A stretch of 64,000 nucleotides of DNA, taken from positions 4,352,001 through 4,416,000 of the forward strand of contig CP166615.1 of assembly GCA_041937175.2 (NCBI GenBank), written 5' to 3'. Positions 19,206 through 29,261 of the stretch are shown piece after piece. Made by a program: the position numbers and the translations under genes. Position 1 is the stretch's first letter, and each line of letters starts with the position of its first letter. The notes beneath the pieces were generated by a model that saw nothing but the letters and a program-made list of their open reading frames with translations, did no database searches and had not been told where the DNA came from. This stretch comes from Limnothrix sp. BL-A-16 (lineage in GTDB: Bacteria; Cyanobacteriota; Cyanobacteriia; CACIAM-69d).

Positions 19206-19772
19206 TTAGGTAATTTGAATCAGCCAGGTGCCGATGTAACGCAGCAAGGGCGTGTCACCGGGGGTCAGAATCCGGCAGTTGAAGTAATACATGCCGCCCA
19301 TGTCCGGGTTGCGCACATTGCTGAGCACCACCTCAAGCTGCTTACCCGAGGGAATCGGTTCCTTAGGATAAATCTCGATCGTGTAGTTTTCTGGATTCCA
19401 AACCACCCGATCTAGCTCAATCTTCTCGCCACCGTTCTTGTACCGCACATCAATGCGATCGGTGTCGAAACGTCCCTTGTAATAGTCGGGATAGTCGATC
19501 GCGATTTGGGCGATCGCCAGGTTCTGAGCCGGAATCCGCAGCCGGTAGCGATCCCAGGAGCTTTCACGGCCCCGATCGAGCCGGAAGCTCAGTTGACTTT
19601 CGCGACGGGGGCCACCAAAGAGCGTGAATCCCGGCAACTCCTGCGCCACCACCGCCGGCACAACTGCCAGACTGCAACTCAGTGCGGCCAAGGCTGCCAA
19701 ACCGCGCCGCACCCAACGCTGCGACGGGGTGCGCGGCTGACTCGAAGCCAGGGCAAAAGACTTAAAGGGCAT
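19206..19772 (-). CDS. DUF2808 family exported protein
   Basis: Signal peptide; DRYRL, YPDYY.G.FD, NVRNP..GGMYYFN, RYIGTW. Confidence 0.8.
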   Translation of the reverse strand: MPFKSFALASSQPRTPSQRWVRRGLAALAALSCSLAVVPAVVAQELPGFTLFGGPRRESQLSFRLDRGRESSWDRYRLRIPAQNLAIAQIAIDYPDYYKGRFDTDRIDVRYKNGGEKIELDRVVWNPENYTIEIYPKEPIPSGKQLEVVLSNVRNPDMGGMYYFNCRILTPGDTPLLRYIGTWLIQIT

Positions 19773-20343
19773 GGATGGTGTCTCCCAATTGGAGCCAAAC
19801 AAATGGAGCAATGAAGCGGCGATAAACCTTGGACATCGGGAGCCTTCACCGTGAAAAGCTCACCGAGGCAACTCATCGAGAGTCTTCAGTCCGGAAGACT
19901 CACCGCAGAGGTTGGCCGAGGGAATTTGCCGGTGAAACGCTGTCGATCGCTGATGGTGATTGGGGTTTGGGCCCCATCCCCACGGGTATCGTTGATGATC
20001 ACTAAGGCAGCACAAAAATGGCCAAGATTTACCAATTTTCTAAACAAAGCGTATCAAAACTTTGACCGATTGTGGGAGGCGCGATCGCCCTAACCCAGAC
20101 AGCCAATCAACTGCCCACCATGCCTCCCACCCCCAGTTTTTACCGCCGCCCCACCGCCGCTCGCCAGCCCATCGGCCATCAGCTTCTGTTGGGCCAACGA
20201 TTAGCAGTCCTGTCGCTCCGGTTTGCCAAAAGGGACCACCCCCACGCGACACTAACGAAAGGCAAATTGCACCAGGGTTGGGCCTCAGTCCGCAACGCTT
20301 GCCGTGATTTGCCCCCCAGAATTTGCACCGGGAGCCAGATGAC

Positions 20344-20823
20344 ATGACCATCACCATTTCGATCGCAGCGGATCATCTCCAAAATCTAGACCTCAGCCCC
20401 GTCCACCGGGCGATCGAACCATTCTTAACCAGTGGTATTGCCGCCGCCGAACAGCAAGTGCAACTCACCATTGATCTGCCCCGCGACCCCACCGACCCCC
20501 GCGAGCTGTCGGAAATTCCCGAAGTGCGGCTTTGGTTCCTGCGCACCGATGCGGTTTATCCTTGGTTGCCCTTTGTGTTGGACTGGAAAGCAGGCGAACT
20601 CGGTCGCTATGCCGCCATGCTGGTTCCCCACCAATTTCATCCCACCGATGGCATTCAGTTCAATCCCGAAGCCTTGGAACTGTTCGTGATGGGCAAGATT
20701 TTTGTATTAGCCGATTGGCTGAAAACCCAAGGAATTGGCACGCGATCGCGGCTTCAGGGCATGGCGCAAATGCTGGGCTATGACCTAGACGAGTCCTTCT
20801 TCGACTTGCTGGAATTGAGCTAG
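20344..20823 (+). CDS. CRR6 family NDH-1 (NdhI) maturation factor
   Basis: DPRELSEIPEVRLWF...YPW.P..LDW..GEL.RY.AMLVPHQF...FNPEALE. Confidence 0.85.
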   Translation: MTITISIAADHLQNLDLSPVHRAIEPFLTSGIAAAEQQVQLTIDLPRDPTDPRELSEIPEVRLWFLRTDAVYPWLPFVLDWKAGELGRYAAMLVPHQFHPTDGIQFNPEALELFVMGKIFVLADWLKTQGIGTRSRLQGMAQMLGYDLDESFFDLLELS

Positions 20824-20977
20824 ATCGGAATAATTCAAAATCTAATTCATGTTTATTTTCACGTTCATTCATATCCAATTGATCTGCTTCTTATCAACGG
20901 GGAATGAATGAGGAATATGAATCAAGGGCTGAAGTCAAAGGGCTGAGGCTCAGCGATATCAATGGGATAGTTGATTC

Positions 20978-21424
20978 ATGCGGGTTGTAATTCAGCGGGT
21001 GACGGCTTCTAGGGTGGCGATCGGGGGGGAAACCGTCGGGCAAATTGGCCGAGGGTTGAACCTGTTGGTGGCGATCGCCGCGACCGATACGGAGGCGGAG
21101 TTGCAGTGGATGGCGCGTAAATGCCTGGATTTGCGGTTGTTTCCCGATCCGGCGGCGGCCAATCCTCGGTTTGATTTGTCGGTCACTGAGATTGGCGGCG
21201 AACTGCTGGTGATCAGTCAGTTCACCCTCTATGGCGATGGGCGCAAGGGGCGGCGACCCAGTTTCGATCGCTCTGCTGCGCCCGATCGGGCCGAGGCCCT
21301 GTACGATCGCTTTGTGGAATTGTTGCGGGCCAGTGGATTGCGCGTGGAAACCGGCCGGTTTGGCGCAATGATGCAAGTCCACATCGAGAACGATGGCCCG
21401 GTGACCTTGATTTTGGATGCTTAG
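20978..21424 (+). CDS. dtd: D-aminoacyl-tRNA deacylase
   Basis: [30 protein letters not shown]. Confidence 0.96.
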   Translation: MRVVIQRVTASRVAIGGETVGQIGRGLNLLVAIAATDTEAELQWMARKCLDLRLFPDPAAANPRFDLSVTEIGGELLVISQFTLYGDGRKGRRPSFDRSAAPDRAEALYDRFVELLRASGLRVETGRFGAMMQVHIENDGPVTLILDA

Positions 21425-21566
21425 GGGATGTTGTCAAATCGCATGAAGCCCTGATTTTCCCGTTACGTGATCGTTGGGCAGCAAGGGGCTTAAGCCCCTT
21501 GTTACAACGGTTGAGGGATGAACAATCAACCATTTCAGCTTCACGCTAGGTAATGACAACAGGTAT
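21424..21566. mobile_element. MITE-like element (143 bp) flanked by TA
   Basis: TA|GGGGATGTTGTCA...TGACAACAGGTAT|TA with central palindrome at 21482-21501; homologous to the 27.9 kb and 53.6 kb copies. Confidence 0.65.
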
Positions 21567-21596
21567 TAGATCCTGGATTCCTGACGGAGAGAGAAG

Positions 21597-22400
21597 ATGA
21601 CGGTGGTGGTAGCCGCGCTCTATCAGTTTGTGGCGGTGGATGATTGGGCCGATTGGCGATCGCAGTGGCTCGATCGGGCCGAAACCCTGGGCATTCGCGG
21701 CACGTTGCTGCTGGCCCAAGAGGGAATTAACGGCACGATCGCGGGTACTCGCGAGGCGATCGACCAAATGTTGGCGACCCTGCGATCGCACCCGGCCCTC
21801 ACGGATTTGAGCGCCCGCGAGTCGATCGCCCCGGCCATGCCTTTCCAGCGGCTGAAAATCAAACTGAAGCGGGAAATCGTCACCTTCAACCAACCGGTGG
21901 CCCCCACGGAGCGGACGGGAACCCGCGTGGCTCCGAGCGACTGGAACGCGCTGATCGCGGATCCAGAGGTGAAGCTAATCGACACGCGCAACCAATTTGA
22001 AGTGTCGATCGGTTCGTTTCAGGGGGCGATCGACCCGGAAACCCAGACCTTCACGGAATTTCCCGAGGCGGTGGAACGGCTGCTGGATCCCCAGCGCGAT
22101 CGCAAGGTGGCTATGTTCTGTACGGGCGGCATCCGCTGCGAAAAGGCTTCGGCTTACCTGTTGGCCCAAGGGTTCGAGCAGGTCTACCAACTGGAGGGCG
22201 GCATTCTCAATTACTTAGCCACCGTTGACCCGGCGGAAAGCGCCTGGCAGGGCGAATGCTTCGTATTTGACGAGCGGGTGGCGCTGCAACATGGCTTGCA
22301 ACCGGGGACGTATCAAATGTGCCGCGCTTGTGGTCGGCCGGTCGATCGCGATCTCGATACCTGCCCCCACTGCCAATCCAGTTTGGGAGATGCTTCGTGA
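21597..22400 (+). CDS. trhO: tRNA uridine(34) hydroxylase / rhodanese-domain protein (YceA family)
   Basis: EGINGT, DTRN..E...G.F, FCTGGIRCEKA, L.GGIL.Y, CFVFDERV. Confidence 0.88.
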   Translation: MTVVVAALYQFVAVDDWADWRSQWLDRAETLGIRGTLLLAQEGINGTIAGTREAIDQMLATLRSHPALTDLSARESIAPAMPFQRLKIKLKREIVTFNQPVAPTERTGTRVAPSDWNALIADPEVKLIDTRNQFEVSIGSFQGAIDPETQTFTEFPEAVERLLDPQRDRKVAMFCTGGIRCEKASAYLLAQGFEQVYQLEGGILNYLATVDPAESAWQGECFVFDERVALQHGLQPGTYQMCRACGRPVDRDLDTCPHCQSSLGDAS

Positions 22401-22891
22401 GCGATCGGGCGACTGAAATGATTGAAATTTGGCAAGATCCGGCGGTGGTGCGCCATGTCGATCGCCTCTGGGCAAGTTTCCAGCGGGTGGTGGGCCGATC
22501 GCTGGGGGATTTACCGGCGGATCTCGACCCGATCGAGCGATCGCGCCGGATTTTTCATGCACCTTTTGTGGTGGTGTCCCACGGCACGGAAGCTGACCCG
22601 ATTTTTAACTATGCCAACCAAAGGGCGATCGAGTTGTGGGAGCTGAGTTGGGATGAGTTTGTGCAGTTACCTTCTCGGTTGAGCGCTGAGCCGATCGCCC
22701 GAGAAGAGCGCGCCAAAATGTTAGCAGAAGCAGCCGATCGGGGTTATATCAGCAACTATCAAGGGGTGCGAATTTCTAAAACGGGTCGCCGGTTTCGGAT
22801 TCTCGATGGGCTGATTTGGAACTTATTAGATGAGGCCGGTCAACCCTACGGTCAAGCTGCTACCTTTGAACAAATTACCCCGATCAATTAA
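22397..22891 (+). CDS. MEKHLA domain protein
   Basis: APFVVVSHGTEADPIFNYAN...PSRLSAE...Y.GVRISKTGRRF. Confidence 0.9.
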   Translation: MSDRATEMIEIWQDPAVVRHVDRLWASFQRVVGRSLGDLPADLDPIERSRRIFHAPFVVVSHGTEADPIFNYANQRAIELWELSWDEFVQLPSRLSAEPIAREERAKMLAEAADRGYISNYQGVRISKTGRRFRILDGLIWNLLDEAGQPYGQAATFEQITPIN

Positions 22892-22924
22892 TCCAATTTG
22901 ATCATTCACCATCATGCGAACATT

Positions 22925-23097
22925 GTAAGGGCAGGTTTCAAGCTATTGGCTTCAACTTAAGACCGAGAGAATATCCGGGTAGGGGCGTACGGCCGTACGC
23001 CCCTACAGGGTTGACGGGTTTCAATCAACATTGACTGGGATGATTTTGAACATACTAACTGTTAAGTTGAGGCACATGGTTTGAAACCTACCTCTAC
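22925..23097. repeat. REPIN-like element: imperfect ~37-bp inverted arms enclosing a GTAG-type REP palindrome
   Basis: GTAGGGGCGTACGGCCGTACGCCCCTAC at 22979-23006; arms at 22925-22961 and 23061-23097 are reverse-complementary. Confidence 0.7.
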
Positions 23098-23122
23098 CGG
23101 GATTGTTGATAGTTAGGATGAT

Positions 23123-23497
23123 TCAATTGTTGTAATGGGCGATCACTCGGGTAACCTTGCCCCTGTTATTGAGCTTCATAAACTCGCCCGACTGCGTGCC
23201 CTGTTGGTTGATGTAGTAAAGCACCAAACTTTCAATACCCCACATCACATCCAACAGCTCAAACTGGAGATTGGGATAGACCTCTAATCCCTTTTGGAAA
23301 TAGCGACGAAGGGCCGCTTTTCCTTGCACCGTTCCCGTCGGGTCACCCAAGAGCCGAGCCGCGATCGGGGAAATCAACACCACCTCTTCCGCGTAGTGGC
23401 TCAAAATGCGATCGAGATCGTGGCTATTCCAAGCCGCCACCCACTCTTGCGCAAATTCCTGGGCCTGGGATTGAGTCAGCATCGGGTTTTTCCTCAT
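23123..23497 (-). CDS. SnoaL-like / NTF2 family protein
   Basis: W..AWNSHDLDRILSHY...SP...GK..LR.YF. Confidence 0.85.
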   Translation of the reverse strand: MRKNPMLTQSQAQEFAQEWVAAWNSHDLDRILSHYAEEVVLISPIAARLLGDPTGTVQGKAALRRYFQKGLEVYPNLQFELLDVMWGIESLVLYYINQQGTQSGEFMKLNNRGKVTRVIAHYNN

Positions 23498-23527
23498 TGA
23501 GTTGATCGCCTGGAATTTTAGGGGATC

Positions 23528-23998
23528 TCAATAGGGTTGACCATCTCGATGATAGATAGCCCAAGCACCATCTGCTTGTTGACAAACTTTCAAATCATCG
23601 TTCGGATAGGTCACCTCATCGCCCGCCGTGCGATCGCCCACTTCCAAATAAACTGCGTCCTCAGTCGATCGATTAATCAGTTGATGGGCGATGCCAGTTC
23701 CGGCCTTGAAGCCATAGCAATCACCAGAATGCAACTCAAATTCCCGATCGCCCACAATCAGGGTGAGCGTTCCCGCCAAAACAAAAATAAATTCATCTTG
23801 TTTGGAGTGAGAATGGGCAAGGGCCGACGCGGAACCGGGCGCAAGTTCGGTTAAATTCACCCCAAAGTTTGACAATTGAAAATAATCGCCCAATTTTCGC
23901 TTTAATCGACCCTTAACCACCGCGTCATAGGGTGATGGATAGATGGTTTGGCCGCGCTGGGCGGGCACATTGTTGGCCGTAATCGGGTTAGGTTCCAT
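23528..23998 (-). CDS. Cupin domain protein
   Basis: FGVN...L.PG..S...H.HS.QDEF, GF.AG...AH.L.N, YP.DDL. Confidence 0.88.
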   Translation of the reverse strand: MEPNPITANNVPAQRGQTIYPSPYDAVVKGRLKRKLGDYFQLSNFGVNLTELAPGSASALAHSHSKQDEFIFVLAGTLTLIVGDREFELHSGDCYGFKAGTGIAHQLINRSTEDAVYLEVGDRTAGDEVTYPNDDLKVCQQADGAWAIYHRDGQPY

Positions 23999-24186
23999 GA
24001 AGTTGCTGGGCGCGATCGCGCAAGGGATGTGAATCGATCGATTCTCCAGTTTTAGCCTAGAAGTTTAGCGGCCCTTGCTTCACAAAAAATGCCCCATCGC
24101 GATCGCCCGGCCCAAACAGTGGGGGCGGCAATGGCACAATAGAAACCGTTAGAAACCGTTTTCCTTTTTTAGATCGCGGGTGCATT

Positions 24187-25137
24187 ATGGACTCCGTTGC
24201 TCCTCAGCGGGCCTTGCTGCTAGTGAATTCCAAATCGCGCCGAGGGCGGCAACTGCTCGGCCGGGCGATCGCCATTTTGGATGAAATGGGGTTTGAGCTA
24301 ATTTTTCGCAGCACTAAGCGATCGAGCGATTTTCGCGATCTGATTCGGCAATATGCCAGCCGGATCGATTGTGTGATTATTGGCGGCGGTGACGGAACCC
24401 TGAATGCAGCGCTGCCCGCCTTGATCGAAACCCGGTTGCCTCTCGGCATTTTGCCCCTGGGAACCGCCAACGACCTGGCGCGCACCCTGGCGATTCCGGC
24501 AGACTTGAAACAGGCCTGTGCGGTGGTGGCCCAAGGTGTAACCAAGGCGATCGACGTGGGGCAAGTGAACGATCGCTATTTTTTCAATGTGGCCAGTCTG
24601 GGGCTAAGTGTCAGCATCACGCGCCAATTGAGCGGGGAAATCAAAAAGCGGTGGGGTGTGTTGGCCTACGCGATCACGGCAATTCAAGCCCTTTGGAAAT
24701 CGCGTCCTTTTACCGCGAAAATTGAAGTAAACGGCGAACTGCTGACGGTCAAAACCGTGCAAATTGCTGTGGGGAATGGACGCTATTATGGCGGTGGTTT
24801 GAGCGTGGCTTGGGATGCATCTATTGATGATCAGCGGCTGGATTTATACAGCCTGGAAATTGCCCATTGGTGGCAAATGTTGCCGCTTTTACCTGCGATG
24901 CACGCCGGTCGCCTCAATGATTGTGTGAATGTGCGAACGATCGAGGCCACATCCTTAAAAATCACCACCAGTCGCCCCCGATCCATCAACACCGACGGGG
25001 AGCTATCGACCGCCACACCCGCTGAATTTCGAGTGCTGCCCGCTCAACTGAAGGTTTTTGTGCCAGCGGCGCGATCGAACAGTACCCAGGCGAATAGTAC
25101 CCAATCGAATAATGCCCGATCGAACAACTTAGAATGA
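24187..25137 (+). CDS. YegS/diacylglycerol kinase family lipid kinase
   Basis: GGGDGT, PLGTANDLAR, NGRYYGGG, DGE. Confidence 0.92.
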   Translation: MDSVAPQRALLLVNSKSRRGRQLLGRAIAILDEMGFELIFRSTKRSSDFRDLIRQYASRIDCVIIGGGDGTLNAALPALIETRLPLGILPLGTANDLARTLAIPADLKQACAVVAQGVTKAIDVGQVNDRYFFNVASLGLSVSITRQLSGEIKKRWGVLAYAITAIQALWKSRPFTAKIEVNGELLTVKTVQIAVGNGRYYGGGLSVAWDASIDDQRLDLYSLEIAHWWQMLPLLPAMHAGRLNDCVNVRTIEATSLKITTSRPRSINTDGELSTATPAEFRVLPAQLKVFVPAARSNSTQANSTQSNNARSNNLE

Positions 25138-25155
25138 GAATTCATTCAAGCTGGA

Positions 25156-25821
25156 GTGAAGCTCATGAATCAAAAAAACTATCCTCGGGTGATTTTTCTC
25201 GATGCCGTGGGCACACTATTTGGCGTGGCGGAAAGCGTGGGTCAGCAATATGCCCAAATGGCGAGTCAGCTCTTTAGGTTGCAATTAGATGATCAAGTCT
25301 TAGATCAAGCTTTTTATGATTGCTTTAAGGCGGCGGATCCTTGTGTTTTTCCAGGGGTTGATCGCGATCAATTACCCCACCTGGAATATCAATGGTGGGA
25401 AAGTCTGGCAGAACAAACGTTTACGCAGGCTGGATTATTTTCCGAAATTCCGGATTTCGCGACCTATTTCGCAGCCCTTTATGATCGCTTTGCCACGGCG
25501 GCCCCTTGGTCTGTGTATCCGGAAGTGCAGGACACCTTAGCCAATTGGCAGCGGCTGGGCATTGAGCTGGGAATTCTCTCAAATTTCGATACGCGGCTTT
25601 ATCGCGTGTTGGATGTGTTGGATTTGACGCGCTATTTCAAGAGTTTCACCCTTTCGACGGAAGTGGGAGCCGCCAAGCCCGATCGCGCTGTGTTTGCCGC
25701 GGCCTTGGCCCAGCATGGCTGTGAACCAGCGGCCGCTTGGCACATTGGCGACAGCCTGGAGGATGACTACCAAGGGGCCACAGCGGCGGGGCTGCGGGCC
25801 CTGTGGCTAAACCGGCGGTAA
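25156..25821 (+). CDS. HAD-IA family hydrolase
   Basis: [23 protein letters not shown]. Confidence 0.9.
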   Translation: MKLMNQKNYPRVIFLDAVGTLFGVAESVGQQYAQMASQLFRLQLDDQVLDQAFYDCFKAADPCVFPGVDRDQLPHLEYQWWESLAEQTFTQAGLFSEIPDFATYFAALYDRFATAAPWSVYPEVQDTLANWQRLGIELGILSNFDTRLYRVLDVLDLTRYFKSFTLSTEVGAAKPDRAVFAAALAQHGCEPAAAWHIGDSLEDDYQGATAAGLRALWLNRR

Positions 25822-25889
25822 AGTGTAGTGGCTCTGGGCGCGATCGACCGCAGCCGCGATCGTCGCCCGCCGATTGCCATTCTTTAGCC

Positions 25890-26804
25890 ATGACCTCCTT
25901 GAACGCCGTTACCGTCACCGTTCCTGCCACCACCGCCAACTTGGGCCCCGGCTTTGACTGTTTGGGGGCTTCGTTGGCGTTGTACAACGAATTTCGCTTC
26001 ACCCGAATTGAGTCGGGCCTAGAAATTATCCCCACCGGCACGGAGGCGGATCGCGTCTCGCGGGATGAAACCAACCTGGTTTACCGTTCCTATGCCAAGG
26101 TGTTTGAACTGGCGCAGGAAACGCCCTATCCGGTGCGGATTGAGATTGGCTTGGGTGTGCCCTTGGCCCGGGGATTGGGCAGCTCGGCCACGGCGATCGC
26201 GGCGGGCATTGCTGGCGCAAACTATTTGTTAGGGGGGGCGCTGTCACCGGCCCAGGTGTTGGCCCTGGCGATCGAAACGGAGGGCCATCCCGATAACATC
26301 GTGCCGGCCCTGTTGGGGGGCTGTCGCTTGGCGGCCGATCGCGAAGGGGTTTGGACCCAATGCGAAGTGCCCTGGCATTCCTCGATTCAACCGGTGATTG
26401 CGGTTCCCAACTTTGAGCTATCCACCGAAGCGGCTCGCAGCGTGTTGCCCCCCAGCTATTCCCGGGCCGATGCCATTTTTAATGCAGCTCACTTAGGTCT
26501 CTTGTTGCGGGGCATCAACGAAGGGCGCGGCGATTGGCTGACCACCGCCATGCAGGATCGGATCCACCAACCCTATCGGATGACCCTGATTCCCGGTTTT
26601 GAGGCGGTACGGCAGGCGGCGATCGAGGCGGGAGCCTATGAATTAGTGATTAGTGGTGCGGGGCCAACCCTGCTGGCCCTGGCCCACCGAGACAAGGCGG
26701 CGGCCGTGGGTGAAGCCATGCAAACGGCTTGGACGGCAACGGGCATTGGAGCCGTAGCGGGGCCGGTGGAGTTGGATGTGTATGGAACCCGAGTCCAGCC
26801 GTAA
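25890..26804 (+). CDS. thrB: Homoserine kinase
   Basis: [40 protein letters not shown]. Confidence 0.96.
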   Translation: MTSLNAVTVTVPATTANLGPGFDCLGASLALYNEFRFTRIESGLEIIPTGTEADRVSRDETNLVYRSYAKVFELAQETPYPVRIEIGLGVPLARGLGSSATAIAAGIAGANYLLGGALSPAQVLALAIETEGHPDNIVPALLGGCRLAADREGVWTQCEVPWHSSIQPVIAVPNFELSTEAARSVLPPSYSRADAIFNAAHLGLLLRGINEGRGDWLTTAMQDRIHQPYRMTLIPGFEAVRQAAIEAGAYELVISGAGPTLLALAHRDKAAAVGEAMQTAWTATGIGAVAGPVELDVYGTRVQP

Positions 26805-26866
26805 ACTGGCCCCAAATCGGGGGAATTTGCCCATGGAATTTCCCGGTTATCCATCAGGGGCAGACT

Positions 26867-27805
26867 ATGGCACAGGTTTGGGTTTTGGGGAGCATCAATG
26901 CCGATCGCACGGTGACAGTGGCCCAGTTGCCACGGCCGGGAGAAACGGTGCTGGCTGGGGCGATCGGGGAGGCCAGCGGCGGCAAAGGGGCCAATCAGGC
27001 CGTTGCGGCGGCCAAGTTGGGGGTGGCCACGGCCCTGATTGGCCGCGTGGGTGAAGACGCGATCGGGGAAACCCTGCTGCAAGATCTGCAAGCCAGCGGG
27101 GTTGATATCAGTCGGGTGGCGATCGACTCCTTGGCCCCCACGGGCCAGGCCTGGATTGCGGTGGATGGCCGGGGCCAAAACCAAATCATCGTGTTGCCCG
27201 GTGCTAACCAGGCGGTGGGCGGCGCTGAGGTCGATCGCCTCCAACGCTCCTTGGGCAGTGCCCCACGCCCGATCGCCCTGTTGCTGCAACTGGAAGTGCC
27301 CTTGGCGGCCGTGGTGGCCGCGGCCCAAGCGGGCCAAGCGGCCGGGGCGATCGTCCTTTTGGATCCGGCCCCGGCTCCCGAGCACCTCCCCCCGGAACTG
27401 TGGGCCGCGATCGATTGGATCACCCCCAACGCCACGGAAGCGGCCCAACTGGTGGGCTTCCCGGTGCAAACCCCCGAGGATGCGGCCCGCGCGGCCACCA
27501 GGCTTCAGGAGTTGGGAGCCGAGGGGGCCATTGTGACCTTGGGCGAGCAGGGGGCTTGGGTGGCTGGGCCGACGGATTGTTTTTGGCAACCGGCCTTCCC
27601 GGTCAGGGCGATCGACGCTGTGGCGGCGGGGGATGGGTTCAATGGAGCGTTGGCGGCGGCGTTGGTGGCGGGGCAACCCCTCCCGGAGGCCGTGCGGCGA
27701 GCAGCAGCGGCGGGCGCACTCACAACCACCCGATCGGGGGCCCAATCCGCCCTGCCCAATGCCGGAGAGCTGACGGCTTTTCTGGCCCAAAACGCATCAA
27801 ATTAA
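26867..27805 (+). CDS. rbsK: Ribokinase
   Basis: GSINAD, GGKGANQA, LQLE, PN.TE, D..AAGDGF. Confidence 0.9.
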   Translation: MAQVWVLGSINADRTVTVAQLPRPGETVLAGAIGEASGGKGANQAVAAAKLGVATALIGRVGEDAIGETLLQDLQASGVDISRVAIDSLAPTGQAWIAVDGRGQNQIIVLPGANQAVGGAEVDRLQRSLGSAPRPIALLLQLEVPLAAVVAAAQAGQAAGAIVLLDPAPAPEHLPPELWAAIDWITPNATEAAQLVGFPVQTPEDAARAATRLQELGAEGAIVTLGEQGAWVAGPTDCFWQPAFPVRAIDAVAAGDGFNGALAAALVAGQPLPEAVRRAAAAGALTTTRSGAQSALPNAGELTAFLAQNASN

Positions 27806-27902
27806 TTCCGATTAATTCCGAGCATCTAGACCTGAGAAGCTGTCTCCACGACCAAAACTGCTATGCAACTGGCCCGATCGATCCACGAAGCCAAGGGGCT
27901 TC

Positions 27903-28066
27903 AGGCCTGTCGTCAAGTCGCCTGAAACCCTGATTCCACCGTTGGCAGATCGTGGGGGACTCGTGGGGGACTCGTGGGGGACAAGGGGCTTAAGCCCCTT
28001 GTTACGACGATTAGGGCACGGAAGGTCAATCGTTTCAGCATCACCTCGAAAAATGACGACACCCCC
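27903..28066. mobile_element. MITE-like element inserted into a CAAGGGGCT/AGCCCCTTG palindrome
   Basis: Ends AGGCCTGTCGTCA...TGACGACACCCCC|TA; internal palindrome at 27982-28001; internal (TCGTGGGGGAC)x3. Confidence 0.7.
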
Positions 28067-28144
28067 TAAGCCCCTTGCCCCAACGACGATCGGTGCTTGA
28101 CCTATGCCAACAAGTCCTTTTTCGGCATCCGCTCAGCCCCGCGC

Positions 28145-28726
28145 TTAGCCGGCCCCCAGATCGAAGCGATCGCCCAAAGAACTGAGTCGCACCGAGCTAG
28201 GTTCGTCTGCCAAGGAAGTGGGATGGCAGGCACAATCCACCTTGGGCAAGTTGGTTTCTGGTTGACTTTCTGGGTGATTCTCTGGGTGATTGGTGCGATC
28301 GCCATGGGCCGAATCACCACTAACCCGATCGCCCGTTCCCTCCTCCCGCGCACTACAGCGATCGCACAGGCCGTAAAACTCCAACGTGTGATAAAACACC
28401 CGAAACCGGTGCTCCCTGCTCAATCGCTGGGTCAAATCCTGCACGGGACATTCATGGATCGGTTGCGATCGCCCACATTGGATGCAGTTCAAATGGTGGC
28501 GGTCTTTTTTGATAAAGCTGTAGAGCGATTCACCGCTGGCCAACATCCGCACCTGCACCGCCCCATTCAGCTTCAGGGTTTCCAGGGCCCGATAAACCGT
28601 GGCTAGCCCCATGCCTTGCCCCACATCGCGCAGTTTGATGTAGAGCGCCTGGGCGGAAATTTCGCCTTCAATGGTTTGCAGCACCTGCAAAACACGCTCT
28701 TGGTTTCGGGTCAGGGGTCGTTTCAT
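28145..28726 (-). CDS. zur: Fur family regulator, zinc-uptake (Zur/FurB) type
   Basis: TR.QER, SAQ.LY..LR, MGLATVYR.LE.LK, D.HHL.C.QCG, YHTLEFYGLC..C. Confidence 0.8.
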   Translation of the reverse strand: MKRPLTRNQERVLQVLQTIEGEISAQALYIKLRDVGQGMGLATVYRALETLKLNGAVQVRMLASGESLYSFIKKDRHHLNCIQCGRSQPIHECPVQDLTQRLSREHRFRVFYHTLEFYGLCDRCSAREEGTGDRVSGDSAHGDRTNHPENHPESQPETNLPKVDCACHPTSLADEPSSVRLSSLGDRFDLGAG

Positions 28727-28982
28727 GGCGATCTCAGACCCCGAAGAATGCTGGCTCGATCGGGGTGGTTCTGTTCCTATTCAATCAGGTTTTTCAGCCG
28801 GTTCCTGGCGGAATCTGGCTCCCGGGGGAACTCCCAGCGCCGGGCCGCTGGAACCGGCCCCCCTCGCCTTAAGATAGTGTCTTGATCGTTGGATTGCCGT
28901 GGTTGCTCAATCCCAACCCAAACGTTAGCATCACCCTTGGTTCCCCAACTCGATCGTCGCCATCCCAGAGGTTTCTAGCCCC

Positions 28983-29237
28983 GTGAGTACCCAGCAATAT
29001 CGCGCCAAAATCCACGTTACCTTGCGTCCCTCGGTGCTCGATCCGGCCGGTGTGGCGGTGCAGTCCGGCCTGAAGCAGTTGGGCTATGAAGGGGTGGATT
29101 CCGTGCGCATTGGCAAATACATTGAGCTGACCGTGGCGGCGACGGATCCAGACGCGGCCCGCAGCCAAGTGGATGAAATGTGCGATCGCCTGTTGGCCAA
29201 CCCCACCATCGAAAACTACTCGATCGAAATTGCCTAA
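28983..29237 (+). CDS. purS: Phosphoribosylformylglycinamidine synthase subunit PurS
   Basis: LRPSVLDPAG, VRIGKYIEL, LLANP.IENY. Confidence 0.95.
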   Translation: MSTQQYRAKIHVTLRPSVLDPAGVAVQSGLKQLGYEGVDSVRIGKYIELTVAATDPDAARSQVDEMCDRLLANPTIENYSIEIA

Positions 29238-29261
29238 ACGCACCCATCCCCACATTCACCC

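Noticed and set aside
19880..19901. GAGTCTTC/GAAGACTC hairpin upstream of the DUF2808 gene as a possible riboswitch
   Set aside because: A single hairpin with no recognisable aptamer consensus; an Rfam search would be needed
20040..20347. Short ORFs upstream of the CRR6 gene
   Set aside because: Several overlapping frames with no motif; likely a divergent promoter or UTR region
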